Part shown: one piece after another, positions 13,196 to 24,604 of the stretch
Layout: each line of letters starts with the position of its first letter
How positions within the stretch are numbered: the stretch's first letter is position 1
Assembly: GCA_951406725.2 (NCBI GenBank)
Contig: OX597830.1
Span: 8,184,001-8,248,000 of the forward strand
Length of the DNA: 64,000 nucleotides
Origin: Octopus vulgaris
Taxonomy: Eukaryota
Direction of reading: 5' to 3'
Made by a program: the position numbers and the translations under genes
Notes under the pieces: model-generated
Told to the model about the DNA's origin: nothing
Database searches by the model: none
Seen by the model: the letters and a program-made list of their open reading frames with translations, nothing else

Positions 13196-13466
13196 AGATC
13201 GCTAACTACTACACATTCTTTATTTTCTTTCTTGTATTTTCCTTTCTGTGGAAAAGCGTAGGCTCGAAACGTTAAAGAATTTTTCACTTCCCGAGCGTTA
13301 TACTAATACATCTGTTTGTTGTCTACACCACCTTTCTTCGTCTTTTGTTGTTTTGTTTTTTGTGAATTCTCCCTATAAACATATATATATATATGTATGT
13401 GTATTTAAAAGTATGTATATATGTATGTATTTATATTTATAACTTAACCTTACGAACTTTCTAAAC

Positions 13467-13588
13467 TCTCTGACGAAGCCCAGAGACACACCCAAGTACC
13501 TTTATCTTATCTACCAAATACTTCAGTTAACTGGACGGATAAAAGTAGAATGGGGAGCTATGGCCTCTTGGCTGAAACAGCTGTAAGA
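13467..13588 (+). ncRNA. Type-I hammerhead with ~80-nt helix II insertion
   Basis: tct-CTGACGA-agcccagag...ctcttggct-GAAA-cagctg-TA-aga. The 3' half recurs at 58311-58329 in a related element. Confidence 0.72.
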
Positions 13589-13705
13589 TATTATCCTACT
13601 TTCTACGCTCTACGTTATATAGTTTAATAATTACTGGTATTTTTATATTTTATATTTTATATATTATATATGTAAAGCATATATTGTTATAATTGTCTTT
13701 TTGAA

Positions 13706-13740
<35 letters not shown>

Positions 13741-13983
13741 ATAGACATAATATAATATCTAAAAGTTGATGAATACCACCTCTTGATCCCCTCCATTTTC
13801 TTATTGCCGTATAAATTAAGGCTAAAATAACTTTTTACCTTCACCCATTTATTACACTCGGTAATGTAATTGCCATGCAATGAAAAAACACTTGTGTATT
13901 AATAATTGGGTTTTCTACCAGCAGTATATTGGATAGATATTAATCCCTTAGTTGGCTGGACTCACAACCTCTAACTCTCTTGG

Positions 13984-14037
<54 letters not shown>

Positions 14038-14041
14038 TATT

Positions 14042-14082
<41 letters not shown>

Positions 14083-14523
14083 AATAATATATTATTATTA
14101 TTATTAATATAAGAAAATCAATATCGAATTTTTCACGAAGATATACCCATATGAAAGACTTTATGTATTAAAAATATATATAAATAAATAAATATTAAAA
14201 ATATAAATTCATATGAATTTCAAGACTCTCATACTAAAGTATATAGTTTTCACATTTCTGAACTAACTACATGAACTATACTGGAATGCAAGATAATAAG
14301 ACGGATTTTTAGTATGAATATTATGGATTATCGCAGTAGAATAACCAAGGAAAAATATATGGATTTAAAGACTCTCATCAAAAATAGTAATTTTTAATTT
14401 TTATTTTACATTTCAAACGAACACTATTTTACAAACATCCTAAAACAAACACCATTTTACAATTTTAATTCAAATTTTTTTAAAAAATATCATTCGATAC
14501 ATTATACAATATTCATATTTTAT

Positions 14524-14613
14524 ATCTCTGAAGAGAAGAAGGGTTGTCTATAAGTGCTTATCAATATAGGATTTCATTATAGGGACAACCCTTTTGCGAA
14601 ACGATCGTAAGAT
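14524..14613 (+). ncRNA. Type-I hammerhead ribozyme, canonical core, long helix II
   Basis: atct-CTGAAGA-gaagaagggttgtc...gacaacccttttgc-GAAA-cgatcg-TA-agat. Confidence 0.85.
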
Positions 14614-14919
14614 GCTTCAATAATTAATTCAAAAATTTTAAACTTTCAAATTTATTTTATACATCATATTTATATTTTTAATATTTATTTATATATATTT
14701 GTAATACATAAGGTCTTTCATATGGGTATATCTTTGTGAAAAATTCGATATTGATTTCTTTATATTAATAATAATAATATATTATTAAAAAATATACGTA
14801 TATATCGCTCATATTAAATATATAAATAATTTAATAGTTTTAATATTACTTTATACAATGGAGCACTTAATATAAATTCAGTATATAATATTCTTATTGA
14901 ATATATTTACCTAATGATC

Positions 14920-14976
<57 letters not shown>

Positions 14977-15158
14977 CATTTCTAAATCTCTAAGAGAGAT
15001 TTATACAGTAGCAGCATGATAAGGTGATGTTATGTTGCCAACTTAATGAGGCAGTCCCATGAAAAGGAAAAATGTTACTGTTATTTGGCCCTAGAAAACA
15101 CCGTTTCCAGTTGGCCATGACAGGCGAATAAGCATCGACAGCTAACAAGCCATGCTAC

Positions 15159-15201
15159 TCCAGACTGATGATGAGCAACGACTCAGAAACTAGTCTCAGG
15201 A
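15159..15201 (+). ncRNA. Minimal type-I hammerhead ribozyme
   Basis: tccaga-CTGATGA-tgag(caacga)ctca-GAAA-ctag-TC-tcagga. Confidence 0.82.
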
Positions 15202-15362
15202 TGCTGGCTTTGGAGGTGCTTATCTCCCCCTTTGAAAACATAAGGACGCAAAAAATGTCTCAAGGCCAACTGGAAACGGTGTTTCCTAGGGCTAAATAGC
15301 AGAATAGCAGTAGCATTCTTCTCTTTCGTGGGAATGTCACATTAAGTTGACAACATAACATC

Positions 15363-15408
<46 letters not shown>

Positions 15409-16261
15409 CATACACGCCTACACACATACATACATACATACATACATACATACACATACATACACATACACAGGTACATTTACACACAATCGTACATACA
15501 CACACACACACACCCACACAGGTTCAACGCCAAAATAACCCAACCAGTTATGCATAAATACAAAAACGTGACTGTACAATAGAAATACAATAGAAATATA
15601 CGCAAAAGCATATATGTTAAATATTACACATGTAAGTTAAACTTTATATATGCGTGTTAAATGTTACATATATTAAATGGCATTTATATTTAAGCTTATG
15701 GCGATCACCGTGCAATAAAGAAAATAGTATAATAAATGGGTATATAAGCCCTCGATAGAATAAAGAAGACTTTCCTATCCCACGCAAATAAGAAAGCCTT
15801 CTTTTTTCTGTCGAGGGCTTATTTGCCCCTTTATTAGACTATTTTCCTTAGTCATTGCACGGTGATTGCTATAAGCTTTAAGCTTATATAAAAATGCCAT
15901 TATTATTATTTACAAGATTGTAAAATACGGCACCGTATATAAAAACCATTGGCACCGAAAGTTAAATGTTATACATCATTGTTTAAAGATAGAAGTGAGA
16001 AGTTAATGCCAGGGACCCCCCACAGGGATACCAACAGCTTTGACCAAAATCTACTAAATCAAGAAAAAATGTTAAATTCTAAAAACAATGGAATTAACCT
16101 CAACTTCATGCCTAAGTTTATCGTTTAGCACAGAGGTTCTAAACCGGGGTTCATATTGCCCCTGAGGGTCCAAATAAGATTATAGGGGACCCACGCAATA
16201 AAATAGTAAATTGGAGACCCACAATAGTATTTTAAAGGCACCTTTTGCTTTAGATGTATGT

Positions 16262-16353
16262 GTTGGTAAGTGTTGCAAGAAACAGTTGGTAAGTGTTGCA
16301 AGAAACAGTTGGTAAGTGTTGCAAGAAACAGTTGGTAAGTGTTGCAAGAAACA
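16262..16353 (+). repeat. Perfect 23-bp minisatellite x4
   Basis: gttggtaagtgttgcaagaaaca repeated at the junction of a hAT-like fragment and a SINE C fragment. Confidence 0.9.
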
Positions 16354-17058
16354 GGCAATGTTTCTACAGTTGGATGCCCTTCCTAACGCCAACCACTCCG
16401 AGAGTGGAGTGGGTGTTTTTTACGTACCATTGGCACGGGGCCAGTCAGCTTGAAGAATTTTAGTCGAACGAATCGACTGCAGTACTTTTTTTTTTTAAAA
16501 GCTTGGTACTTATTCTATCGGCATCTTTTTGCCGAACCTCTAAGTTACGGGGACGTAAACACACTAGCACCGGTTGTCAAGCGGTGGTGGGAGTCAAACA
16601 CTGACACACACACACATGAATGACGGGACAGCAAATTCTTGCCTCAAAGTCACACCTGCGCCTATATATATTCAAATACATCGGATCTGGTGTGCGAAAC
16701 GAAAAAGATCTGTGGGGTTGCTTTTTAATTATGTCGGCGACTTAAGAAACCACCGCATATGTGCACTCTTTGACTTTCATAAACAAATACAAATACAATG
16801 GAATATCTATCTAATAAGCCTGGTTTCGGGACCACGGGGACGGAAGAGGAAGCCCTGTGAAAATTCAAGGGAGTTGTAAGGGTCCTTTTCTTTTAGAGAG
16901 TGGAGGAAGGGAGGCCGAACAGATAGTCCGCCTTGGTACTTTGTCCACAGGACTGATGTAGAAAACAAACGTTCATCTTATAGGTAGTCAATGACAACAG
17001 CAACAGCTCTCTTTCTCTCAATCCGTCTACCTAGATACTTATCAATGTCTGTGTGTGT

Positions 17059-17115
<57 letters not shown>

Positions 17116-17255
17116 TGTGTAAAACAGTGTTTGGCATGTTCTCAGCACAGGAAACTAATAGTAGCACATAGAACCATATATTGTGTTTATTAAATAAAAT
17201 TTATCTCTCACCAGACGGAGTACTTTTTTATTGATCTCAGAATCACGGAACAGTA

Positions 17256-17311
<56 letters not shown>

Positions 17312-17390
17312 TTAATAAATATAAGGGTAGCAAAAACTTCTCCGCTACCAGCGGTCTAGTGAGAAAGAAAAAATAGTCAAAGACTATATA

Positions 17391-17628
17391 ATATACATTC
17401 AACAATATAAGGAATGGCCATATAGGACATTCGACTCACTAGAAAAGCAGCCAAAACTCATACCGCTAAATAGTTGTAATTCTGAAATAGAAATAGAAAT
17501 AAAAAGGGGTAAACGTTTTTATTTCTCTTTCTATTTCAGAATTACAACTATTTAGCGGTATGAGGTTTGGCTGCTCTTTCTAGTGAGTCGAATGTCCTAT
17601 ATGGCCATTCCTTATATTGTTGAATATA
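17391..17628. repeat. Near-perfect foldback, ~115-bp arms, ~10-bp spacer
   Basis: attcaacaatataaggaatggccatataggacattcgactcactaga... versus ...tctagtgagtcgaatgtcctatatggccattccttatattgttgaat. Confidence 0.92.
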
Positions 17629-17862
17629 TATATATATATATGTATATATAATGTATGTATTTTTCAATGTATACAAATACGTTCAAATATATAATATTAT
17701 CAGGGCAGCAAATATTAAGCATAAGTGAAAAGGATATCACAACTGTTATAAGGTGGAAATTCCAGGATTAAGAGAAATGTTTTTGTATACATGGATCACA
17801 CACAGAAATGGAGTCAAACGCCCTGTCTTCAAATGGTTTGAATAGCACCTGCGATCATCGTA

Positions 17863-17907
<45 letters not shown>

Positions 17908-19581
17908 GGGTTTTTTGTTTTGCTTTTGTTTTTTGTTTTTGATTCTCTCTCCATTTTTTCCTCTTATTTCTTTCTGTCGAAGAGCGAAGGCTCGAAACGT
18001 AAAAGGCTTTTCCGTTCTTCCCGAGCATTAAACCAATACACCTGCTTGTTGTTCCTATACCTGTCTTCGTTGTTTGCTTTCCTGTAAATTTAAACTATAA
18101 AACTACCACCCGAACGCGGCCGATGCCAGCGCCGCTTTGTCTGGCTTCTGTGCCGGTGGCACGTAAAAAGCACCCGCTACACTCACGGAGTGGTTGGCGT
18201 TAGGAAGGGCATCCAGCTGTAGAAACAGTGCCAGATCAGACTGGAGCCTGGTGCAGCCTCCTGGCTTCCCAGACCCCGATCAAACCGTCCAACCCGTGCT
18301 AGCAGAGAAAACGGACGTTAAACGATGATGTTGATGATGATGATGATGATGATATATATATATATATATATATATAAGTTAGAGGTGTTAAGCCCTCTAA
18401 GGGATAGATGTATCCAAAGGCACTCCAGGTAATTACCTCAGTACGTATGGTCTTTGGTATAAGGTATACAGCAACAGGTAATTTAAAAGGTAAACCATAG
18501 TTTAATGTATATATAGCAACAGGTAATTTAAAAGGTAAACCATAGTTTAATGTATATATAGACGATAAAAAAATGATGGAAAAACAACAAATAGAAGCGT
18601 GTCTGTGGTGAATGACTTTTTAGCACCACAGACACACTATTTGTTGTTTTTCCTCCATTTTCTTATCCTATATATATATATATATATATGTAGGGTGTTC
18701 GTAGATTATCTTTAGTTTCCACAATATATCGTCCAGATGTCTTGCATACGACCAATGGGGCATACATAGAAGTGTTCTGATATTTCTAATAAAACTTCAT
18801 TTGTCTCCAATAAACCCTGTTGAGTTATCCTTATTTTTACTTTAATTTTGTTTTTATTGAATTTTTCAAATTGTAAAGGTAATTGCTGGACACCCTGTGC
18901 GTGTATATATTTTCGTTATAGGATTCAATAGAATCTAAACAGATCAACACGCAGGATGCCAGGACTGGCTAGGCACAATACCATAGGGTCCACAGTGAGG
19001 TAAACGGCAATGAAGGTATCAAGTGTTGGTGGTGTATTGTAGATATGTAAGTAGCAAATCCAATTTAAACCGTAGATCCAACTTCGGAGAGTTGGTTCTA
19101 GGTGTGACATAAGTATAAAAGAGAACACGAATGGGGTGACGTATATGTAGATGAATTATGCAATAGAAGCAGTTCTATAATTAAAAATTATGTCGATACA
19201 ACATACTTAACGGACTGTGTGATGCTGAAACGCCAGAAACTGCGGTTTTCGTCAGGCAAAATATATATCGGTTGCTCTCGTAGTCACTTCTGGAGTGATT
19301 TTGTTTCACCTAGCTCTGCAGTATACTTATACTTTTTTTTTTATCACTATACATCTTAAAGGGGATTTTTGTGGACGAAAACCGCAGGTTCTGGTATTTC
19401 CATGTAGGAGAGGAGAGGATGTTGCCTACCAAAGGGGAACAAGCGTGGATGCAGGAAAGAAAACAGGAAGCGATAAAGACGAGCAATTGCGCAGACCTAG
19501 ATCTCCAAACTGCCTGGGCAAAGCAGCCTGGTCGCGGGAGTTTGGGAGAGTTTGACATGCCTATATCAATAGATCTGTCCG

Positions 19582-19653
<72 letters not shown>

Positions 19654-20644
19654 CCTCTTCTGCTACCGTTTCTGTTGCTATAAACTTGCTAATGATAAAG
19701 CATGTAAAACGGATGCAGATATTTTTGCAAGAAATAGCAATTAAACATCCCTCAAATCGCACCATATCATCCTAAGATTAGGAAAAAAAGACGCATTCGA
19801 TAGGTATTTCGAGGTGCATCAAACCTAACTAAAATATACAAGACAGCGACCTTGTTCAGTTTCTTCCAGCCACCTAAAGAATATCAAATTTTCACCGAAT
19901 CCTTTTCCAATTGTCAACGCTAATGCACTTTTATTTGCTGATGACGAAAATCGCACTCATTTGTATGTTTTGTGTTGTTTTGTTTCTTCTAGAAATAATT
20001 AATGATAAAAAAAAAAGCTTACAAGCCATTAAAGTTATGTAATTTTAGCCAATCAAGTTATTCGATTGACTGCATAATGGGAGTTGAGGCTGTTTATTGC
20101 CATAGCAACTCCAGTGAATCGTTGTTTACTTAGGTGTCGATGGACAATACGAAGACGATAAGAAAATGAAAACACGACGGAACCCTGAAGGTTTAAAAAA
20201 GAATTGAATGAAATGAGATAAGAAAATACGAATTTTGCTCGTATGTTTTTAAAATGAAAGACGATAGGGAAATGAAAATATTACGGAACCTTGAATGTTT
20301 TTTGGGTTTTTTTAAGAATAAAAATAATTCAATGGAAAGAAAAGATTAAAAAATTTTTTTTAAGAGAATTTAATGAAAGAAAATATATATTTTTTTTATC
20401 TGAAACGAGAACTTAACGAGATTGTTTGTGCTTATATGTTCCAAAAGCTTTCGGATTTGCAGCACCAAATGAACTCGCAGAGATACAAACCCTCTGGAGA
20501 ACGATGAATGCCAGCCACAACACCGTTTCTTCCCTCGATTGAGACAGACCCAAGCACTTTGTACTTGTTGAGTGTGGAGTTCCATTTCGCGAACTGACAA
20601 ACTCAACATTGAGGCTCACCGTTCTATGCCGACGATGCACTGGA

Positions 20645-20658
20645 GTTGCCATGACAAC
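20645..20658. promoter_or_regulatory. Candidate RFX X-box
   Basis: GTTGCCATGACAAC fits the palindromic X-box consensus. A second near-match ATTGCCATAGCAAC lies at 20096-20109, with CCAAT at ~20049. Confidence 0.4.
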
Positions 20659-20735
20659 AAATACTCTCGATTCCCACTGTGTAACCAATCGTGTTATTCG
20701 GGGGACTAAAATTCCATAACATGCTAGTAACTTCT

Positions 20736-21118
20736 TTATTCTTTTACTTGTTTCAGTCATTTGACTACGGCCATGCAGGAGCACCGCATTTAATCGAGCA
20801 AATCGACCACAGGACTTACTCTTTGTAAGCCTAGTACTTATTCTATCGGTCTTTTTTGCCGAACCGCTAAGTTACGGGGACGTAAACACACCAGCATCGG
20901 TTGTCAAGCGATGTTGGGGGGATAAACACAAACACACACACATATATACATATATACGACGAACTTCTTTCAGTTTCCGTCTACCAAATCCACTCACAAG
21001 GCTTTGGTCGGCCCGAGCCATAGTAGAAGACACTTGCCCAAGGTGCCACGCAGTGGGACTGAACCCGGAACCATGTGGTTGGTAAGAAAGCTACTTGCCA
21101 CACGGCCACTCCTGCGCC
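20736..21118 (-). mobile_element. tRNA-derived SINE family A, full length (other full copies ~44928-45335, ~49818-50202, ~63062-63465, all -; ~23385-23725 +; partials 1-62, 5535-5730, 6665-6820, 16450-16615, 40655-40797, 44200-44360, 50790-50944)
   Basis: Head ggcgcaggagtggc.gtgtgg (A box) ... ggttcagtccc (B box), internal TA/TG microsatellite, tail gactgaaacaagtaaaag. Many near-identical copies in the window. Confidence 0.88.
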
Positions 21119-22002
21119 TATTATTAATTTATCGAAATAAATGAATTCCATTTTCGTCATCAGCAAGCAAAACTACATTTTTTTTTTTAAATAGCTAAAA
21201 CTTTGAGTGGTTGGAAGAAATTTAACTGAGTTCATCGTGCTTTTCACCACGGATCTATCCTATAGGGGTGGACCTAGGGTTAAACAAAAACAGATATGAC
21301 GAAAGTAATCCTTTCTTATTCTGACACAAGGTTAGCAATTTTGAAGGATGGGTATTTATTTATCGAACCCTAAAGGTTGGAAGGCAAAGTTGAACTCAGA
21401 AGGTAAAGCCGGAAGAATGGCTCTAAGCATTTTGTCCGGCGCGTAGTCGATTCAGCCAGCTCGCCGCCTTATTGCGACTAAAAATAATACACCGTCAAAA
21501 CAGGCAAGAAGGATATTTTCAATATTTTGTGTCTTTCTTTGCTCACAGACTGTAAATAATAAATGTGCTTATTTAATTGCATGTTAAGTATGGCCTCCAC
21601 GTCTTGACTGGATTTATTTCTGGTCTCTGCTAATTATACGATCTCAGACTGCTATAAAATCAGATGTTGTGGTCTTCGAAGCCCATTCGTGACAAGTTCC
21701 ATCTAAACTTTCTTCATGTTCTTACCTGCAATCAAGGTGTGCTATTTATAATAATCTCTCATTTAGAGACACACCTGTTGATTCTTTTCCATTTATTTCT
21801 CTTCATTAATATAAAAGTCCTTAAGACGTGAGGTGGGGTATAACAGAAACCATTATGGTATAGATATAATCTTGATTGTTGTTGTAGTAGTAGTAGTAAT
21901 AAAACGGTGGGCTCTCATTCGATCCCCCGACTCCTTTGTCTGTCCTCTCTTTGTCTCAACCTTTATGGTAAACAAAAAATCAGCTACTATTATTATTATT
22001 AT

Positions 22003-22388
22003 TGTGGAGGCGCAATGGCCCAGTGGTTAGGGCAGCGGACTCGCGGGCATAGGATCGCGTTTTCGATTCCCAGACCGGACGTTGTGAGTGTTTATTGAGC
22101 GAAAACACCTAAAGCTCCACGAGGCTCCGGCAGGGGATGGTGGTGATCCCTGCTGTACTCTTTCACCACAACTTTCTCTCACTCTTACTTCCTGTTTCTG
22201 TTGTACCTGTATTTCAAGGGCCAGCCTTGTCACTCTCTGTGTCACGCTGAATATCCCCGAGAACTACGTTAAGGGTACACGTGTCTGTGGAGTGCTCAGC
22301 CACTTACACGTTAATTTCACGAGCAAGCTGTTCCGTTGATTCGGATCAACCGGAACCCTCGTCGTCGTAACCGACAGAGTGCTTCCAT
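22003..22388 (+). mobile_element. tRNA-derived SINE family D (partial copy 37353-37492; tail remnant ~4210-4330)
   Basis: tggcccagtggttag A box and ttcgattcc B box, followed by a non-tRNA body. Confidence 0.8.
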
Positions 22389-22756
22389 CCATTAATATTA
22401 TTATTATTAGGGCAACGAGTTGGTAGAAACGTAATCATATGGGACAAAATCTTACGGCTTTTATATATTGTGACTGAGAGTGCTGAAGCACCTACATTAC
22501 AAGAAACAAGAGTTAGAAACTCTTAATGCTGTATGAAGCGCACAATACATACACACACACACACACATATATATATGTGTGTGTGTGTGTGTGTGCAGTT
22601 AGCGATTTCTTTTCCTTTATTGGACCTTCCCTTTCTCTTTCCGACGAAGAACTATACTCGAAACGTCAAACTCTCTCCTTTCACCGAGCGTTAACCTAAT
22701 ACATTTCTTATGCACGTCCTCCTGTTGTCTGTTATTATTTGTTTCTTTGAATTGAC

Positions 22757-22791
<35 letters not shown>

Positions 22792-22798
<7 letters not shown>

Positions 22799-23353
22799 AG
22801 GTTGAAAAGTAACACACGAGTTGATATGTATAAGAAAAATAAGAGAAGGTAGAATATACTAAATTAATTTTATCATGAAGTACATTTTAGTACCGGTTTC
22901 CGCCTTTTTAGACTTTTTCAACTGAGAGTAAAATAAGAAAAACAATTAAATTGGAGAAAAAATTCAGTGAAATGTTTTGTAGATATTTTCATAGTCTTTA
23001 TATAAGTAAATAATTCCATAGTTTTCAGACAGTGTTAATAGTAGTAATACTACCTACCTACTTACCTACCTATCAGGCATTCACAAAGAAATAGAGAGAG
23101 ACAGATAGACAGACTGTCTGAAAACTATGGAATTATTTACCTATTCAAAGACTATGAAAATATCTACAAAACAGCTTACTTAATTTCTTCTCCAATCTAA
23201 TTGTTTTTCTTATTTTACTCTCAGTTGAAAAAGTCTAAAAAGGCGGAAACCGGTACTGAAATGTACTTCATAATAAAATCATATTAGCGTTTTCTACCTT
23301 GTCTTATTTTCCTTATACATATCAACTCGTGTATTACTTTTCTACCTTCTACA
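22792..23353. repeat. Foldback, ~245-bp arms, ~75-bp spacer
   Basis: gtgtagaagg...ttttcagacagt versus actgtctgaaaa...ccttctacac. Confidence 0.9.
23221..23259 (+). ncRNA. Hammerhead-fold motif with U3-A8 variant core (mirror copy 22887-22925 -)
   Basis: tcag-TTGAAAA-agtct(aaaa)aggcg-GAAA-ccgg-TA-ctga. Confidence 0.68.
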
Positions 23354-23521
23354 CAAACACACACACACAAACACGTGTAGTCGCAGACATGGCTGTGAAG
23401 TAAGAAGTTTGCTTCCTAGCCACATGGCTCTGGGATCAGTCCCATGCGCGGACTGCTACAGCCCCGGGACGTACAAAGCCGTATGAGTGGATTAGGTAGA
23501 CGGAAACTGAAAGAAGCTTGT

Positions 23522-23567
<46 letters not shown>

Positions 23568-24107
23568 ATTACACACCACCACTTAACACCTAGCAGCTTG
23601 GCAAAGAAGCTAACAGAATAAGAACAAGGGTTTAAAAATAAGTATTGGGTTCGATTCTTTCGACTAAAACCCTCTAAGGTGTTGCCCCAGCATGACCGCA
23701 ATCCAGAGACTGAAACAAGTAAAGTTATATCTGCGCGCGCACACACACACGCACACACTTTATAATTTGTGCATGTGTTCATATGCATGAGTGCGCACGT
23801 CTGTCTGTACGCACGAGAGTAGAGAAAGCGAAACGATCAGAAAGGAGGAGTGAGGGCGAGAGGGAACAGGAGAGACATCGGGGGGGGCAGATATAATTAG
23901 TTATATTGAATATGTAATTATTATAGATCACACTGTGTGTGTGTGTGTGTGTGTGTGGATCTGTAGGAGAAGGACCAAATGTGACTGAATAGATGTGAGG
24001 GGGAGGGGGGGAGATACAAACAACATAATTTTTCTGCTTTTTTTAACTAATTTATGAACAAGTTCTGACAAGTTCCAAAATCGATATAACAATACCAAGT
24101 TGTTGTA

Positions 24108-24310
24108 CCATTACTATTATCATTATTATTATTATTATTATTATCATCACCATTACCATTATTATTATTCTCATTATTATTATTATTATTATTATTACTA
24201 TTATTATTATTACCATTATTATTATTATTATTACCATTATCATTATTACTATTATTATTACTATTATTATTATTATCATTATTATTATTTTTATTATTAT
24301 TATTTATTAT
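24108..24310. repeat. Degenerate (TTA)n microsatellite
   Basis: Direct inspection. Confidence 0.95.
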
Positions 24311-24514
24311 TAGTTTTAGTTATGAAGGTGCGGTGAGCTGGCAGAATCGTTAAAACGCCGGGCAAAATGCTTAGCGGCATGTCGTCTGTCTTCACGTTCT
24401 GCGTTCGATTTCTGCGGAGGTCAACTTTGCCTTTCATCCTTTCGCGGGTTGATAAAATATGTAGCAGTTGAACACTCCCTCGAACTTGCTGGCCTTCTGC
24501 CTCCAGTAGAAAGG

Positions 24515-24558
<44 letters not shown>

Positions 24559-24604
24559 TATTATCATTATTAATTATTATCACCATCATTATCATCATTA
24601 TTAT

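Noticed and set aside
16262-16353. CRISPR-like repeats (also 55345-55525)
   Set aside because: Contiguous tandem repeats without unique spacers, in a eukaryotic context with no cas genes.
19360-19560. Exon-like GC-balanced segment open in several frames (also 20447-20545, 26881-27090)
   Set aside because: No homology I can recognise and no consistent splice pair, so it is left unannotated.
22003-22080. tRNA genes (also 33705-33770, 37355-37430, 38700-38770)
   Set aside because: A/B boxes are present but there is no intact cloverleaf, and they continue into SINE bodies.
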